Part shown: positions 28,809 through 37,246 of the stretch, one piece after another
Layout: each line of letters opens with the position of its first letter
Position numbering within the stretch: position 1 is the stretch's first letter
Assembly (NCBI GenBank): GCA_963668625.2
Contig: CAXXKA010000010.1
Location: 192,001-256,000 of the forward strand
Length of the DNA: 64,000 bases
Source: an uncultured candidate division Zixibacteria bacterium
GTDB taxonomy: Bacteria > Zixibacteria > MSB-5A5 > UBA10806 > 4484-95
Direction of reading: 5' to 3'
Program-made: the position numbers and the translations under genes
The notes under the pieces: generated by a model
Databases searched by the model: none
The model's input: the letters and a program-made list of their open reading frames with translations, nothing else
What the model was told of the DNA's origin: nothing

Positions 28809-30246
28809 GGGCTAGCCTTTCGATATGGGCCGCGCCTTTTATTACGAGGTCATCATCGAGGCGCCTGCCCATCAATTGGACCCCGATCGGCATTCCGGTC
28901 TCATCACTACCGATTGGCAACGTTATAGCGGGCGATCCCGTTAGCGCGGCCAGAGTCATGAAAATATCGGTTTGATACATGGCCAGAGGTTTGTTGATTT
29001 TCTCATCGAAATCGAAAGCTGTCGAGGGCGCGGAGGGCATTATGATTAAATCGCATTTATCGAAAGTTTTTGCCACGGCATCCGCTATTGATTTTCTGCT
29101 TTCGAATGCCGAGCGATAATACTGATCGTAAAAACCGGCGGATAGAGCGTATGTGCCGATCATGATGCGCCGCTTTACCTCCTCGCCGAACCCCTCGCCT
29201 CGAGTGTTGGCATACATCTCCTCCAGCACTGAGGATTTATCCGAACGGTAACCGTACCGAACGCCATCATAGCGGGATAAATTCGAGGAGGCCTCGGCGT
29301 TGGCCAGAATATAATAGACGGAAAGGCATAATCGAGGTCGTGGTATCGGTATATCGATAATTTTATATCCCGCGGCTTGTATTCTTTCGATAATTTTATT
29401 TGTGGTTCTTTCTATTCGAGTATCGATATGCGAACCAAGATAACCTCGGGGGACGCCAAAGACGGTATCCCGGTAATCCTGATCGATATCGCTGATATTT
29501 ATCTCGGGAATATTTTCGATCGAGGTGGAATCTTTCCTATCATGACCGGAGATGATATCAATCAGTAAAGCCGCATCCTTGACATTTTTAGCCATCGGGC
29601 CGATTTGATCGAAAGAGGAGGCGAAAGCGATAAGACCATAACGAGAAACGCGGCCGTAAGTGGGCCTCATGCCTACCAGCCCACAGTACGAGGCCGGCAG
29701 CCTGACCGAACCCGCCGTATCCGAACCGAGCGCCAGCGGGGCCATACCCGAGGCGACAGCCGCCGCCGAGCCTCCCGAGGAGCCGCCGGGTACTTTTTCG
29801 GGATCAAGTGGATTTTTAACTCTGCCGAAATAGCTATGCTCATTGGATGAACCCATCGCGAACTCATCCATATTGGCCTTACCGACTATCACCAGTCCGC
29901 TTGCTCGTAATTCCTCCACTACGGTGGCATCGTAAATAGAAACATGCCCGGCCAGCATTTTAGAGCCGCAGGTGGTGAGCGAACCTTTGAGATTGATATT
30001 ATCTTTGATAACGATAGGAACACCCGCCAGGGGAGAGAGGTAGTCGCCGTTAACGATTTTCTTATCGACCTGTTTCGCCTGTCTTTGCGCCTCACCTCGG
30101 GTAATCGTGATTATAGCGTTGTATTCGGGATTGAGTTTATCGATTCTGTCGATGAAATAACCGGTCACCTCGCTACATGAAAGTTTTCGCGTCCTGACCA
30201 GTTTTCCGATTTCACGCGCGGTAAGATTTTCCAGATTGTCGAGCAT
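28801..30246 (-). CDS. gatA: Asp-tRNA(Asn)/Glu-tRNA(Gln) amidotransferase subunit A
   Basis: KDNI, GGSSGGSAAAVA, GSDT.GS.R.PA, SNLSRYDG and EVKRRI. Confidence 0.97.
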   Translation of the reverse strand: MLDNLENLTAREIGKLVRTRKLSCSEVTGYFIDRIDKLNPEYNAIITITRGEAQRQAKQVDKKIVNGDYLSPLAGVPIVIKDNINLKGSLTTCGSKMLAGHVSIYDATVVEELRASGLVIVGKANMDEFAMGSSNEHSYFGRVKNPLDPEKVPGGSSGGSAAAVASGMAPLALGSDTAGSVRLPASYCGLVGMRPTYGRVSRYGLIAFASSFDQIGPMAKNVKDAALLIDIISGHDRKDSTSIENIPEINISDIDQDYRDTVFGVPRGYLGSHIDTRIERTTNKIIERIQAAGYKIIDIPIPRPRLCLSVYYILANAEASSNLSRYDGVRYGYRSDKSSVLEEMYANTRGEGFGEEVKRRIMIGTYALSAGFYDQYYRSAFESRKSIADAVAKTFDKCDLIIMPSAPSTAFDFDEKINKPLAMYQTDIFMTLAALTGSPAITLPIGSDETGMPIGVQLMGRRLDDDLVIKGAAHIERLARD

Positions 30247-30334
30247 AATAAACGATAGTATATCGAATGGCCGGTTAAGTCAAACGGGAAGTAGTCAGGC
30301 TATTACTCGTAGCGTTGATGATATGTCTGCCGGC

Positions 30335-30494
30335 GCGCTAACACGTTGGCAGGCGAGGACGCCCATCAACCATATACCTGTCATTCCGGGCTTGACCCGG
30401 AATCCAGGGGGGGCTGGCGATTTACCTCTACTATCGAATATCATTTCAACAGCGTAATCTTCCTCGAATCATGATAATCCCCGGCAGTCAGGCG
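30335..30494 (+). repeat. 160-bp direct repeat, copy 1 (REP palindromes plus the last 18 codons of a sorting-domain gene)
   Basis: Near-identical to 34778-34936. Contains GTCATTCCGGGCTTGACCCGGAATCC. Confidence 0.9.
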
Positions 30495-32717
30495 GTAGAA
30501 ATATATCCCCGAGGGATAATTACCTGCCTGCCACAGCACCGAGTGATTGCCGGCGGGCAGATACTCCTCAACCAGGCTCTCGGTGCGGCGGCCGAGAATA
30601 TCGTAGATATCCAACGTAACCTGCGAGGGCTGGATTAGCGTAAACGAGATGCTGGTTGTAGCATTGAATGGGTTGGGATAGGCGGAGAGATTGTACTGCG
30701 TGGGCAGAGAAACTATTTCGTCATCAATGCCAACCGGGGTTCGGGTGATTGACCAGACGGATTGCTGATCGGTGGCTATAAAAATGCGATTACTATCGGC
30801 TGGATCGATATAGGTTATCGCGCTGCTGTAATAGATATTTTGCCCCTCACTATACGGTTCCCACGACTGCCCCCTATCATGTGATTGATAAACTCCGTGA
30901 TAAGGTGTGTTGATATACAGGTTATCAGAATTATAAGGGTTAATAGCCAGGCCAGAGAAATGCTTATAACCATTATTATCCGGCAAGCCATTTCTTATAT
31001 TTGTCCAAGTTGAACCGTAATCATCGCTTTTAAAAACATCCCCATAGTACTTACTGGCGTACACTATATTATCGTTTATGGGATCACATACGATCTCAAC
31101 GACATATTGCCCCCCAGGTGGTGAATCAATTTGAGTCCAGGTATCGCCGCCATTAGTGGTTTTATATAGTGCATCGCCGCCTATGAAACCAAGATTATAA
31201 TCAGCCCGCGAGAAATCTATCGTACGGCATTCAGCGGCAGGCGAAATACCCTCAACCATATTCCAGCTCGAACCCGTATCCTCCGAGAAATATGCGCCTT
31301 GCAAGGTGGCCAGGTAATACACCTGACCATCCAATGTTTGTTTTAGATCTTTAAAGTATGCTTCGTAATCATAGTTATTCCAGAGAGTATCCCAGGTAGC
31401 GCCTCTATCAAATGAGCGAATTATCGTATGCGGATTATCTACTAAAAAACGTCTTCCTAATCCAACAAGGAATATGTCTGGATTGGTATTGTCAATCGCA
31501 ATACATCTGGGATAAACTAAATAATCTGGGCAAAGGATATCTATATGCTGCCAATCTTCGCCGGCATTATCCGTAAAGCAAAGGCCACCACAATAACCAA
31601 CCAGTTGTTCGTCGCAATTAGCGCTGTTTATAGCATAATCAGTACAATATCCATGATTTATATTCATACTGATTTTTTGCCAGCTATCTCCATTATCTAT
31701 TGACCGATAAATACCATCATATAATGTGCCAAGGTACAATATTCCCCCTGTCGAATCATACTCTATTCTATAGGTCGATCTTATCGTTAGGCCATTGTTG
31801 GCATCCTCCCATGTTTGTCCGCCATCAGTACTTTTAAGTACACCGTCTGCAGCAGTGCAAATGAAAACCGTGTGTTCTGAGTCGTTTAAAACCAGTATAT
31901 CCCACATTTCTACCATTTCCAGTCCTTCAGGAGTGATATCAAACCAGTGCTGACCACCATCGATAGATTTATACAAACATTTATCATTAGCAAAATAGAA
32001 ATCGTTTCCTCCGAAATAAATCGTATTGGGCTCAGCCGGATCAATCGCTAAAAAGCGGCCGATCGTAGTCGTGTCTAAATCATTATGAATATTTTCCCAG
32101 GTCTCCCCGTAATCATAACTTTTGTAAACTGATTTTCTGTAAGGCGCTGATTGTCCCACTCCAAAGATGATATTCGGGTTAATGGGATCAACTACAAAAT
32201 CAACTATTGATGCCAATTCCATATTTAGCTCATCCCAGGTCAAGCCACCGTTTATTGATCTATAATTAATACCTGATGTAAGTATACCATTTGCCATTAG
32301 TATATTAGGTTGCGTAGGGTGTACAGTAATTACTCTTACCTCATAATCATCTCCTTGCGGCAGCGATATTAATTCCCAATCCAAGCCGGAATCGCTGGAT
32401 TTGTACAAACCCTTTGTTGTTGCTGCATACATAGTATCCGGTTCATTCGGATGAAACTTGATCATCCTCATGTTTCCGGGGAGAACATCACTATCTAAGT
32501 GAGTCCAGTTAAAACCGGTGTTTTCCGACTTGTATAATCCGTAAGTTACTGTCCCTAAATATACCTCATTATTATTCTCGGGATGAATAGAGATACACAT
32601 AACCCGGCAAGCCTCCGGGCCATTGCTTGACCACTGGTTTTCATCGGCATGAAGGCTTAAGGATAATACAAGAAAAACCGTTAGTACCTCGAAAAATTTA
32701 AATTTGCATAAATTCAT
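30441..32717 (-). CDS. secreted BNR/Asp-box beta-propeller (VPS10/YCF48-like) protein with C-terminal sorting domain
   Basis: Repeated S.DGG.TW Asp-boxes, signal peptide and YPNPFN...KITLLK. Confidence 0.85.
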   Translation of the reverse strand: MNLCKFKFFEVLTVFLVLSLSLHADENQWSSNGPEACRVMCISIHPENNNEVYLGTVTYGLYKSENTGFNWTHLDSDVLPGNMRMIKFHPNEPDTMYAATTKGLYKSSDSGLDWELISLPQGDDYEVRVITVHPTQPNILMANGILTSGINYRSINGGLTWDELNMELASIVDFVVDPINPNIIFGVGQSAPYRKSVYKSYDYGETWENIHNDLDTTTIGRFLAIDPAEPNTIYFGGNDFYFANDKCLYKSIDGGQHWFDITPEGLEMVEMWDILVLNDSEHTVFICTAADGVLKSTDGGQTWEDANNGLTIRSTYRIEYDSTGGILYLGTLYDGIYRSIDNGDSWQKISMNINHGYCTDYAINSANCDEQLVGYCGGLCFTDNAGEDWQHIDILCPDYLVYPRCIAIDNTNPDIFLVGLGRRFLVDNPHTIIRSFDRGATWDTLWNNYDYEAYFKDLKQTLDGQVYYLATLQGAYFSEDTGSSWNMVEGISPAAECRTIDFSRADYNLGFIGGDALYKTTNGGDTWTQIDSPPGGQYVVEIVCDPINDNIVYASKYYGDVFKSDDYGSTWTNIRNGLPDNNGYKHFSGLAINPYNSDNLYINTPYHGVYQSHDRGQSWEPYSEGQNIYYSSAITYIDPADSNRIFIATDQQSVWSITRTPVGIDDEIVSLPTQYNLSAYPNPFNATTSISFTLIQPSQVTLDIYDILGRRTESLVEEYLPAGNHSVLWQAGNYPSGIYFYRLTAGDYHDSRKITLLK

Positions 32718-32755
32718 AAAATACTCCTATGATAAAAGTCTACTCCAAATTTCAG

Positions 32756-33769
32756 TTATCTGTTTGCTAACACAAAGTTAGGGAAATCTTCAAACACCCA
32801 ATTATTTTTCAAGGTGTCATAGATTATTCCCAGTAATTTTCTGGCTGTGGCAATGATAGCCTTACCGCTGCCACGACGGTTTTTTATACGATTGTAATAT
32901 TTACTCAAGTAATGGTTATATCGTATGGCAACAAGCGTACACTGCACCAGTGTAGTCCGACCAATCTTAGAACCACGCTTGGTAATCCGACCATGATGCT
33001 GAATCTCGTTTGAATTGGAAACTCGCGGCACTACGCCAAAATATGAGGCCAATTTATCTTTGTCCGAAAAATCAGCAACATCACCAATTACCGAAAGCAA
33101 CACTGTAGCTGATTTGCTGCCGATTCCTTTGATGCTGGTCAGGTTCTTATGCCCGTTCAACTTGCGACCCTGATCCTCTATCTGTTTGTCCAGCTTTTTT
33201 ATCCCCTCATTCAAACTGCGAATCTGATCAACCAATACCTCAAGCTCAACAGAAACAACCTCATCAAAATTCATCTTTAGAACCCGCTCCAAACTCTTGT
33301 TGCTGGAGTAGGCCTCCTTTTTACTCTTGATACCATGATGATTGAGTATGTTGTGTATTTTATTCTTCAAAGCTGTACGTAACTTGACCAGCTTGTCCCG
33401 TGTCCCAACAAGTGAACTGATCTGCGCTTTATCTTTCGTCTTTAATCGGGCTTTCGGCAACATGTCTTTGCTCATAAAATAGGCTAAGTTCCTGGCATCG
33501 TTTTCATCCGTCTTACTGACTGATGATTTGATTATCTCAAATTTGTTCGGATCGACGACAACAACTCGCTTGACCAAATGCGATATCTCATCAACGAAAT
33601 AACGAGTGTTGCCAGTGGCCTCAACCGCTACACAATCCGTCTTTTTTAATCCTCGTTTAAATTCCTTTAGATCCTTTAGCCGATACTCCTTGATCCTCTC
33701 CCGACCACCGGCTGTCAGGTAACACACGGTCAAACTGTTTGTGTGAAGGTCTACTCCTAAGTACCTCAT
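32756..33769 (-). CDS. IS110-family transposase/recombinase (DEDD RuvC + Tnp domain)
   Basis: YLGVDLH, VEATG, KTDENDA, GIG, G.VP..SNS, ITKRG and AIIATARKL. ATG at 33769. Confidence 0.95.
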   Translation of the reverse strand: MRYLGVDLHTNSLTVCYLTAGGRERIKEYRLKDLKEFKRGLKKTDCVAVEATGNTRYFVDEISHLVKRVVVVDPNKFEIIKSSVSKTDENDARNLAYFMSKDMLPKARLKTKDKAQISSLVGTRDKLVKLRTALKNKIHNILNHHGIKSKKEAYSSNKSLERVLKMNFDEVVSVELEVLVDQIRSLNEGIKKLDKQIEDQGRKLNGHKNLTSIKGIGSKSATVLLSVIGDVADFSDKDKLASYFGVVPRVSNSNEIQHHGRITKRGSKIGRTTLVQCTLVAIRYNHYLSKYYNRIKNRRGSGKAIIATARKLLGIIYDTLKNNWVFEDFPNFVLANR

Positions 33770-33774
33770 CTTCT

Positions 33775-33960
33775 TGCTCCATTCTATGGTTATCACTGGA
33801 GCAGACTCTCTGTCGGCGCCTACCAAACTCCTATTCAAGGTCTTTGCCTTATGGTGGCAATTCGGTTACAGGTCTGATTAATCTCCTTTACGAGGTCTGG
33901 CCTCAAGCATTCAGTTCAGCCTATAACCTATCCGCTCCAGTTAGAAATTCATTACCGAAG
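33775..33960 (-). ncRNA. putative IS110 bridge RNA
   Basis: The non-coding end contains segments matching the donor junction (ATAGGAG 33828-33834, ACCAT 33786-33790) and the target flank (AAGGAG 33883-33888). Boundaries are approximate. Confidence 0.55.
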
Positions 33961-34057
33961 CTCTAACACCAACAGAATAGATTAGCAAGATGCTTTTATC
34001 GTACCATCTCCTTATATAATTCCCCCCAATCAATATTGGGGGGAAGATATTATAATA

Positions 34058-34480
34058 TTAATCTGGCTGATCTAACAAATAATGAATATTTAACCTTGTT
34101 CCCGTACCCCACCTAAAACCGGGATAATCAATCGATGGTTGACTATCAATTCTCGCTCTATGGTCAATACCACTAGCAAATGTTGTAGAGCCAGTAAATA
34201 TCATTCGATCACCAATACTATATCCAATAGGAGATAATTCAACAGAAACGCCAGCACCTTCAATTAATACCATTACTAATGGACTACCATCGGCATCATA
34301 GGTGGATTTTAATTTCCAATTAAGTTTATTTCCGCATGGGTCATAATAATCAGTATACCCTTGTCCCATGTGAAGAGAAACTAAATTCTCGCATGCTTGA
34401 ATCGTAGATTTTCCTAAAGGCAAGAATACCATAACAAAGGCAAAGATTATTATACCAATTATAATCTTTTTCATTATCAA
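34058..34480 (-). CDS. hypothetical secreted protein
   Basis: 140 aa, signal peptide, AAGGA SD, AT-rich. Confidence 0.65.
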   Translation of the reverse strand: MIMKKIIIGIIIFAFVMVFLPLGKSTIQACENLVSLHMGQGYTDYYDPCGNKLNWKLKSTYDADGSPLVMVLIEGAGVSVELSPIGYSIGDRMIFTGSTTFASGIDHRARIDSQPSIDYPGFRWGTGTRLNIHYLLDQPD

Positions 34481-34777
34481 ATCCTTTCAAATTAAACATA
34501 TTATTAACAACTAAAAACGTTTACGATTAAATGATGTTCATTTGAAAGAAAGGTGGACTTCTACCCCCCCCGATTCATTATTATAAGGATTAAGATAATC
34601 CCTGTATTCAAATTAAATAATAGATGCCCTTCCACGATGCCATTCCCCCAATATTATAATGTCAAAGAAAAAATATTCAGATATTCATCCGTAATATACA
34701 ATACATTGTCTAGTTGTCAATAATTAAGTGGATTTAATTGTATCATGGCTGCCGTTTTTCATAGGATACTTTCCCGT

Positions 34778-34936
34778 GCGCTAACACGTTGGCAGGCGAG
34801 GACGCCCATCAACCACATATTTGTCATTCCGGGCTTGACCCGGAATCCAGGGGGGCTGGCGATTTACCTCTACTAACGAATATCACTTCAACAGCGTAAT
34901 CTTCCTCGAATCATGATAATCCCCGGCAGTCAGGCG
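34778..34936 (+). repeat. 160-bp direct repeat, copy 2
   Basis: Matches 30335-30494 with a few substitutions and one G fewer. Confidence 0.9.
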
Positions 34937-35100
34937 AGGCTTTTAGATGGAATGAGTAATTTGTACCGCTGCCGTTGAAAAGAAAAGCCCTGTTCCATAA
35001 GCTGGTTGAGTCTCGAGTCAGCAAGTATACCTCGTTTGAGTTTTCATAAACTTCCAATTCATATCCAATATAAATTTTATCACTACTGTCCGGTCTTTTC
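34883..35100 (-). pseudogene. remnant of a deleted sorting-domain protein gene
   Basis: Fragment SDKIYIGYELEVYENSNEVYLLTRD... is joined out of frame to RLTAGDYHDSRKITLLK*, the same tail as 30441-32717. Confidence 0.5.
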
Positions 35101-35426
35101 ATCTCGTTGCGAAGCGCTGCTTCGCAACGTGGCTTGTTTGCCGGCAGAATGCGCATTCTACATGATTCAAGAAGGTTTCCAAGCAGCGCTTGGAAACCAG
35201 AAAACCAAGCCTAACATCGGCAGGATATGTCAGGATGAATGATACGCTGAATAAAATAATTATATCGGAAAATATTTTTCATTAACAATTCAAAGGAGAA
35301 ATTTAAAATTTAACGAAAAACACCGGACACTAGTGAAATTTTATCATAATAGATATTTTGTTTTATTTATTTAATAGTAAGGGATGCGCACTAACTATGT
35401 ATATCATGTATAGCAGTCATCCAAAC

Positions 35427-35459
35427 AAAAAAAACCGCCTCTGTTTCAAGACGGTTTTC
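35427..35459 (-). terminator. Rho-independent terminator of the PEP-CTERM gene
   Basis: AAAACCG.CT/AGACGGTTTT hairpin with a long T-run on the minus strand. Confidence 0.65.
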
Positions 35460-35498
35460 TCAGGAGCCAATATGATTTTCTAAAAGGCCGAGCTTATT

Positions 35499-36191
35499 TT
35501 AAATTATTTTTTTCCTTCGCCGCAGAGCTAAACCGGTTCCAAGTAAACCACTTGCCAACAGAAATAATGTTCCCGGCTCGGGCGCGACCATCATACCCAC
35601 GACCATATCGTCGTGATCGATACCATCGGTGTATTTATCCTCGATAAATATCAGGTAGTCGTAATCGCCGCTGCCGCTCCATTTGCCGTATGAGTATTCC
35701 GAACCTTCGACTCCGCGCAGATCGTACATGATAAACGACTGGTAGTCGCTGAGTTTATCGTTAATACTCAAATCTCTCTCCGAAAATAACACCGAATTGT
35801 AATTACTTAATCTGGCTCGGGTGTTCATATCCTCGGAAAGCCAGAACCCAACGTCTGTACCATCGCTGAAATTAGTCGTGAGACTCGTATTGCTCCCCAT
35901 GAAACTATCGAACAGGATAGCTTTATTTTTGCCGTGGCCGCTATTCGCCTCGACATCCGTGTATAACCCGAATGACGGCATCGCGCCTGTATTTGCCGGC
36001 AAGTCGCTAAGCAAATTCCAATATTGAACATTGGATTCGAGCTTTATCGATAAATCCTCGGATTCGTTATTAAGCCTGTACTGGGCTGGGTCAAGCGCTA
36101 CACCGTCAATGAATAAATCCGGCACTACCGCACTTGAAACGCTGAACACGCTTATCACGAACACGATAATGGTTGCTAAAAACCTCATCAT
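35499..36191 (-). CDS. PEP-CTERM sorting domain protein
   Basis: C-terminal APEPGTLFLLASGLLG...RRRKK; signal peptide; IEDK...DHDDMVV. Start at 36191 after AGGAG. Confidence 0.9.
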   Translation of the reverse strand: MMRFLATIIVFVISVFSVSSAVVPDLFIDGVALDPAQYRLNNESEDLSIKLESNVQYWNLLSDLPANTGAMPSFGLYTDVEANSGHGKNKAILFDSFMGSNTSLTTNFSDGTDVGFWLSEDMNTRARLSNYNSVLFSERDLSINDKLSDYQSFIMYDLRGVEGSEYSYGKWSGSGDYDYLIFIEDKYTDGIDHDDMVVGMMVAPEPGTLFLLASGLLGTGLALRRRKKII

Positions 36192-36241
36192 ATTTCTCCT
36201 TACTCTTTGTTTCCGACCTTTACATAACTGAGCGTTTATAA

Positions 36242-36257
36242 AGCAACTAATATGCCA
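36242..36257 (-). promoter_or_regulatory. sigma54 (-24/-12) promoter of the PEP-CTERM gene
   Basis: TGGCATATTAGTTGCT (GG-N10-GC) about 50 nt upstream of the ATG. PEP-CTERM genes are known to be sigma54-driven. Confidence 0.75.
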
Positions 36258-36479
36258 AAATGAGGTAATACCTCCATACTGTTTATTGTCAATAGATTGG
36301 CCTCTGCTCTGATATAAAGTCATTGACAGATATGGAGTTTATATGAATTATAATGCATAAATAGTGTAAAAATAAAAACGTTAAATCCGAGGCTATATTC
36401 AAATAAATCTTGATTGAGAGTGTATAATACTTATATAATAGCACAAATTGAAAAGCAGGAACCTTTACCAGTAAAACAA

Positions 36480-37013
36480 ATGACAAAATCGATAGTTGGC
36501 GATTTAATAGGCAGACGAAATATAGTTTACGCTCCGGTTAACCGGGCCGGCGTTTTACTGCTTTTCGCACGCCTTCTGGATGAATTCGATATGCTGGTCG
36601 AGGAGACCGCTGAGGATTCCAGTTATGTTATTGCCAGACGGCGTGTTGATGATGGCTGGGAGCGGGTAAAGGTCAATTTTGCTTTCAAGAGTTCAGGTTT
36701 TCAAAACGGTAATTTCAGCGAGGAACAGCTTCTGATTTGCTGGAATCACGACTGGCATGATTGTCCTTTGAAAGTGTTCGAACTAAGAAGCCTGTTCATG
36801 CAGGAAGATGCCACCGCTCCAATTACTCGACCGCAGGAGGAGCCCCCCGTAAACGTGCGGATAAACCCAACGAGGGTAGCGACTTTCTCCGATATAATCC
36901 CGGAAAACCCCGGTGAGATTCTTCTGGGGAAAAACATTACCGAGAAACGATTCGAAAAAGCGATCGGCGATCTCGATGAAAAGATAAAAAATTTCTTTCC
37001 TGAAAAAACATAA
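36480..37013 (+). CDS. PD-(D/E)XK endonuclease-fold protein with degenerate active site
   Basis: YAPVN..GV..LF, GWERV.V.F.FKSS.F and LLICW.HDW..CPL.V.EL family pattern, with the acidic catalytic residues missing. Confidence 0.55.
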   Translation: MTKSIVGDLIGRRNIVYAPVNRAGVLLLFARLLDEFDMLVEETAEDSSYVIARRRVDDGWERVKVNFAFKSSGFQNGNFSEEQLLICWNHDWHDCPLKVFELRSLFMQEDATAPITRPQEEPPVNVRINPTRVATFSDIIPENPGEILLGKNITEKRFEKAIGDLDEKIKNFFPEKT

Positions 37014-37246
37014 TCCTTGATTTTTTGACAAAAAATATTACTTTATAGATGGTGATCCACTTGGATCGTGTTGTTGTACCTCTGTTTGGTGTTAGGAAGT
37101 AAATCTATAATTTAATAAAAGATGCAGGAATAAGGATAAAGTTTATTTTAAGCGGATGTGAAATTCTCGAAAAGAGAATCAACTAAACTTCTTTATAAAG
37201 ATAAAACAGTCTTTTAAATATGAGCTGGCGAGTTCAGGGAGGCCTC

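Larger units (their letters stand above)
32724..34007 (-). mobile_element. IS110-family insertion sequence (about 1.28 kb)
   Basis: Transposase; CTCCT core duplicated at 32724-32728 and 34008-34012; short subterminal inverted GATAAAAG/CTTTTATC; about 240-nt non-coding end upstream of the ORF. Confidence 0.8.

Noticed and set aside
30335-34936. Diversity-generating retroelement TR/VR pair
   Set aside because: No reverse transcriptase is present. The differences are few, mostly non-coding, include an indel and are not a consistent adenine-specific pattern.
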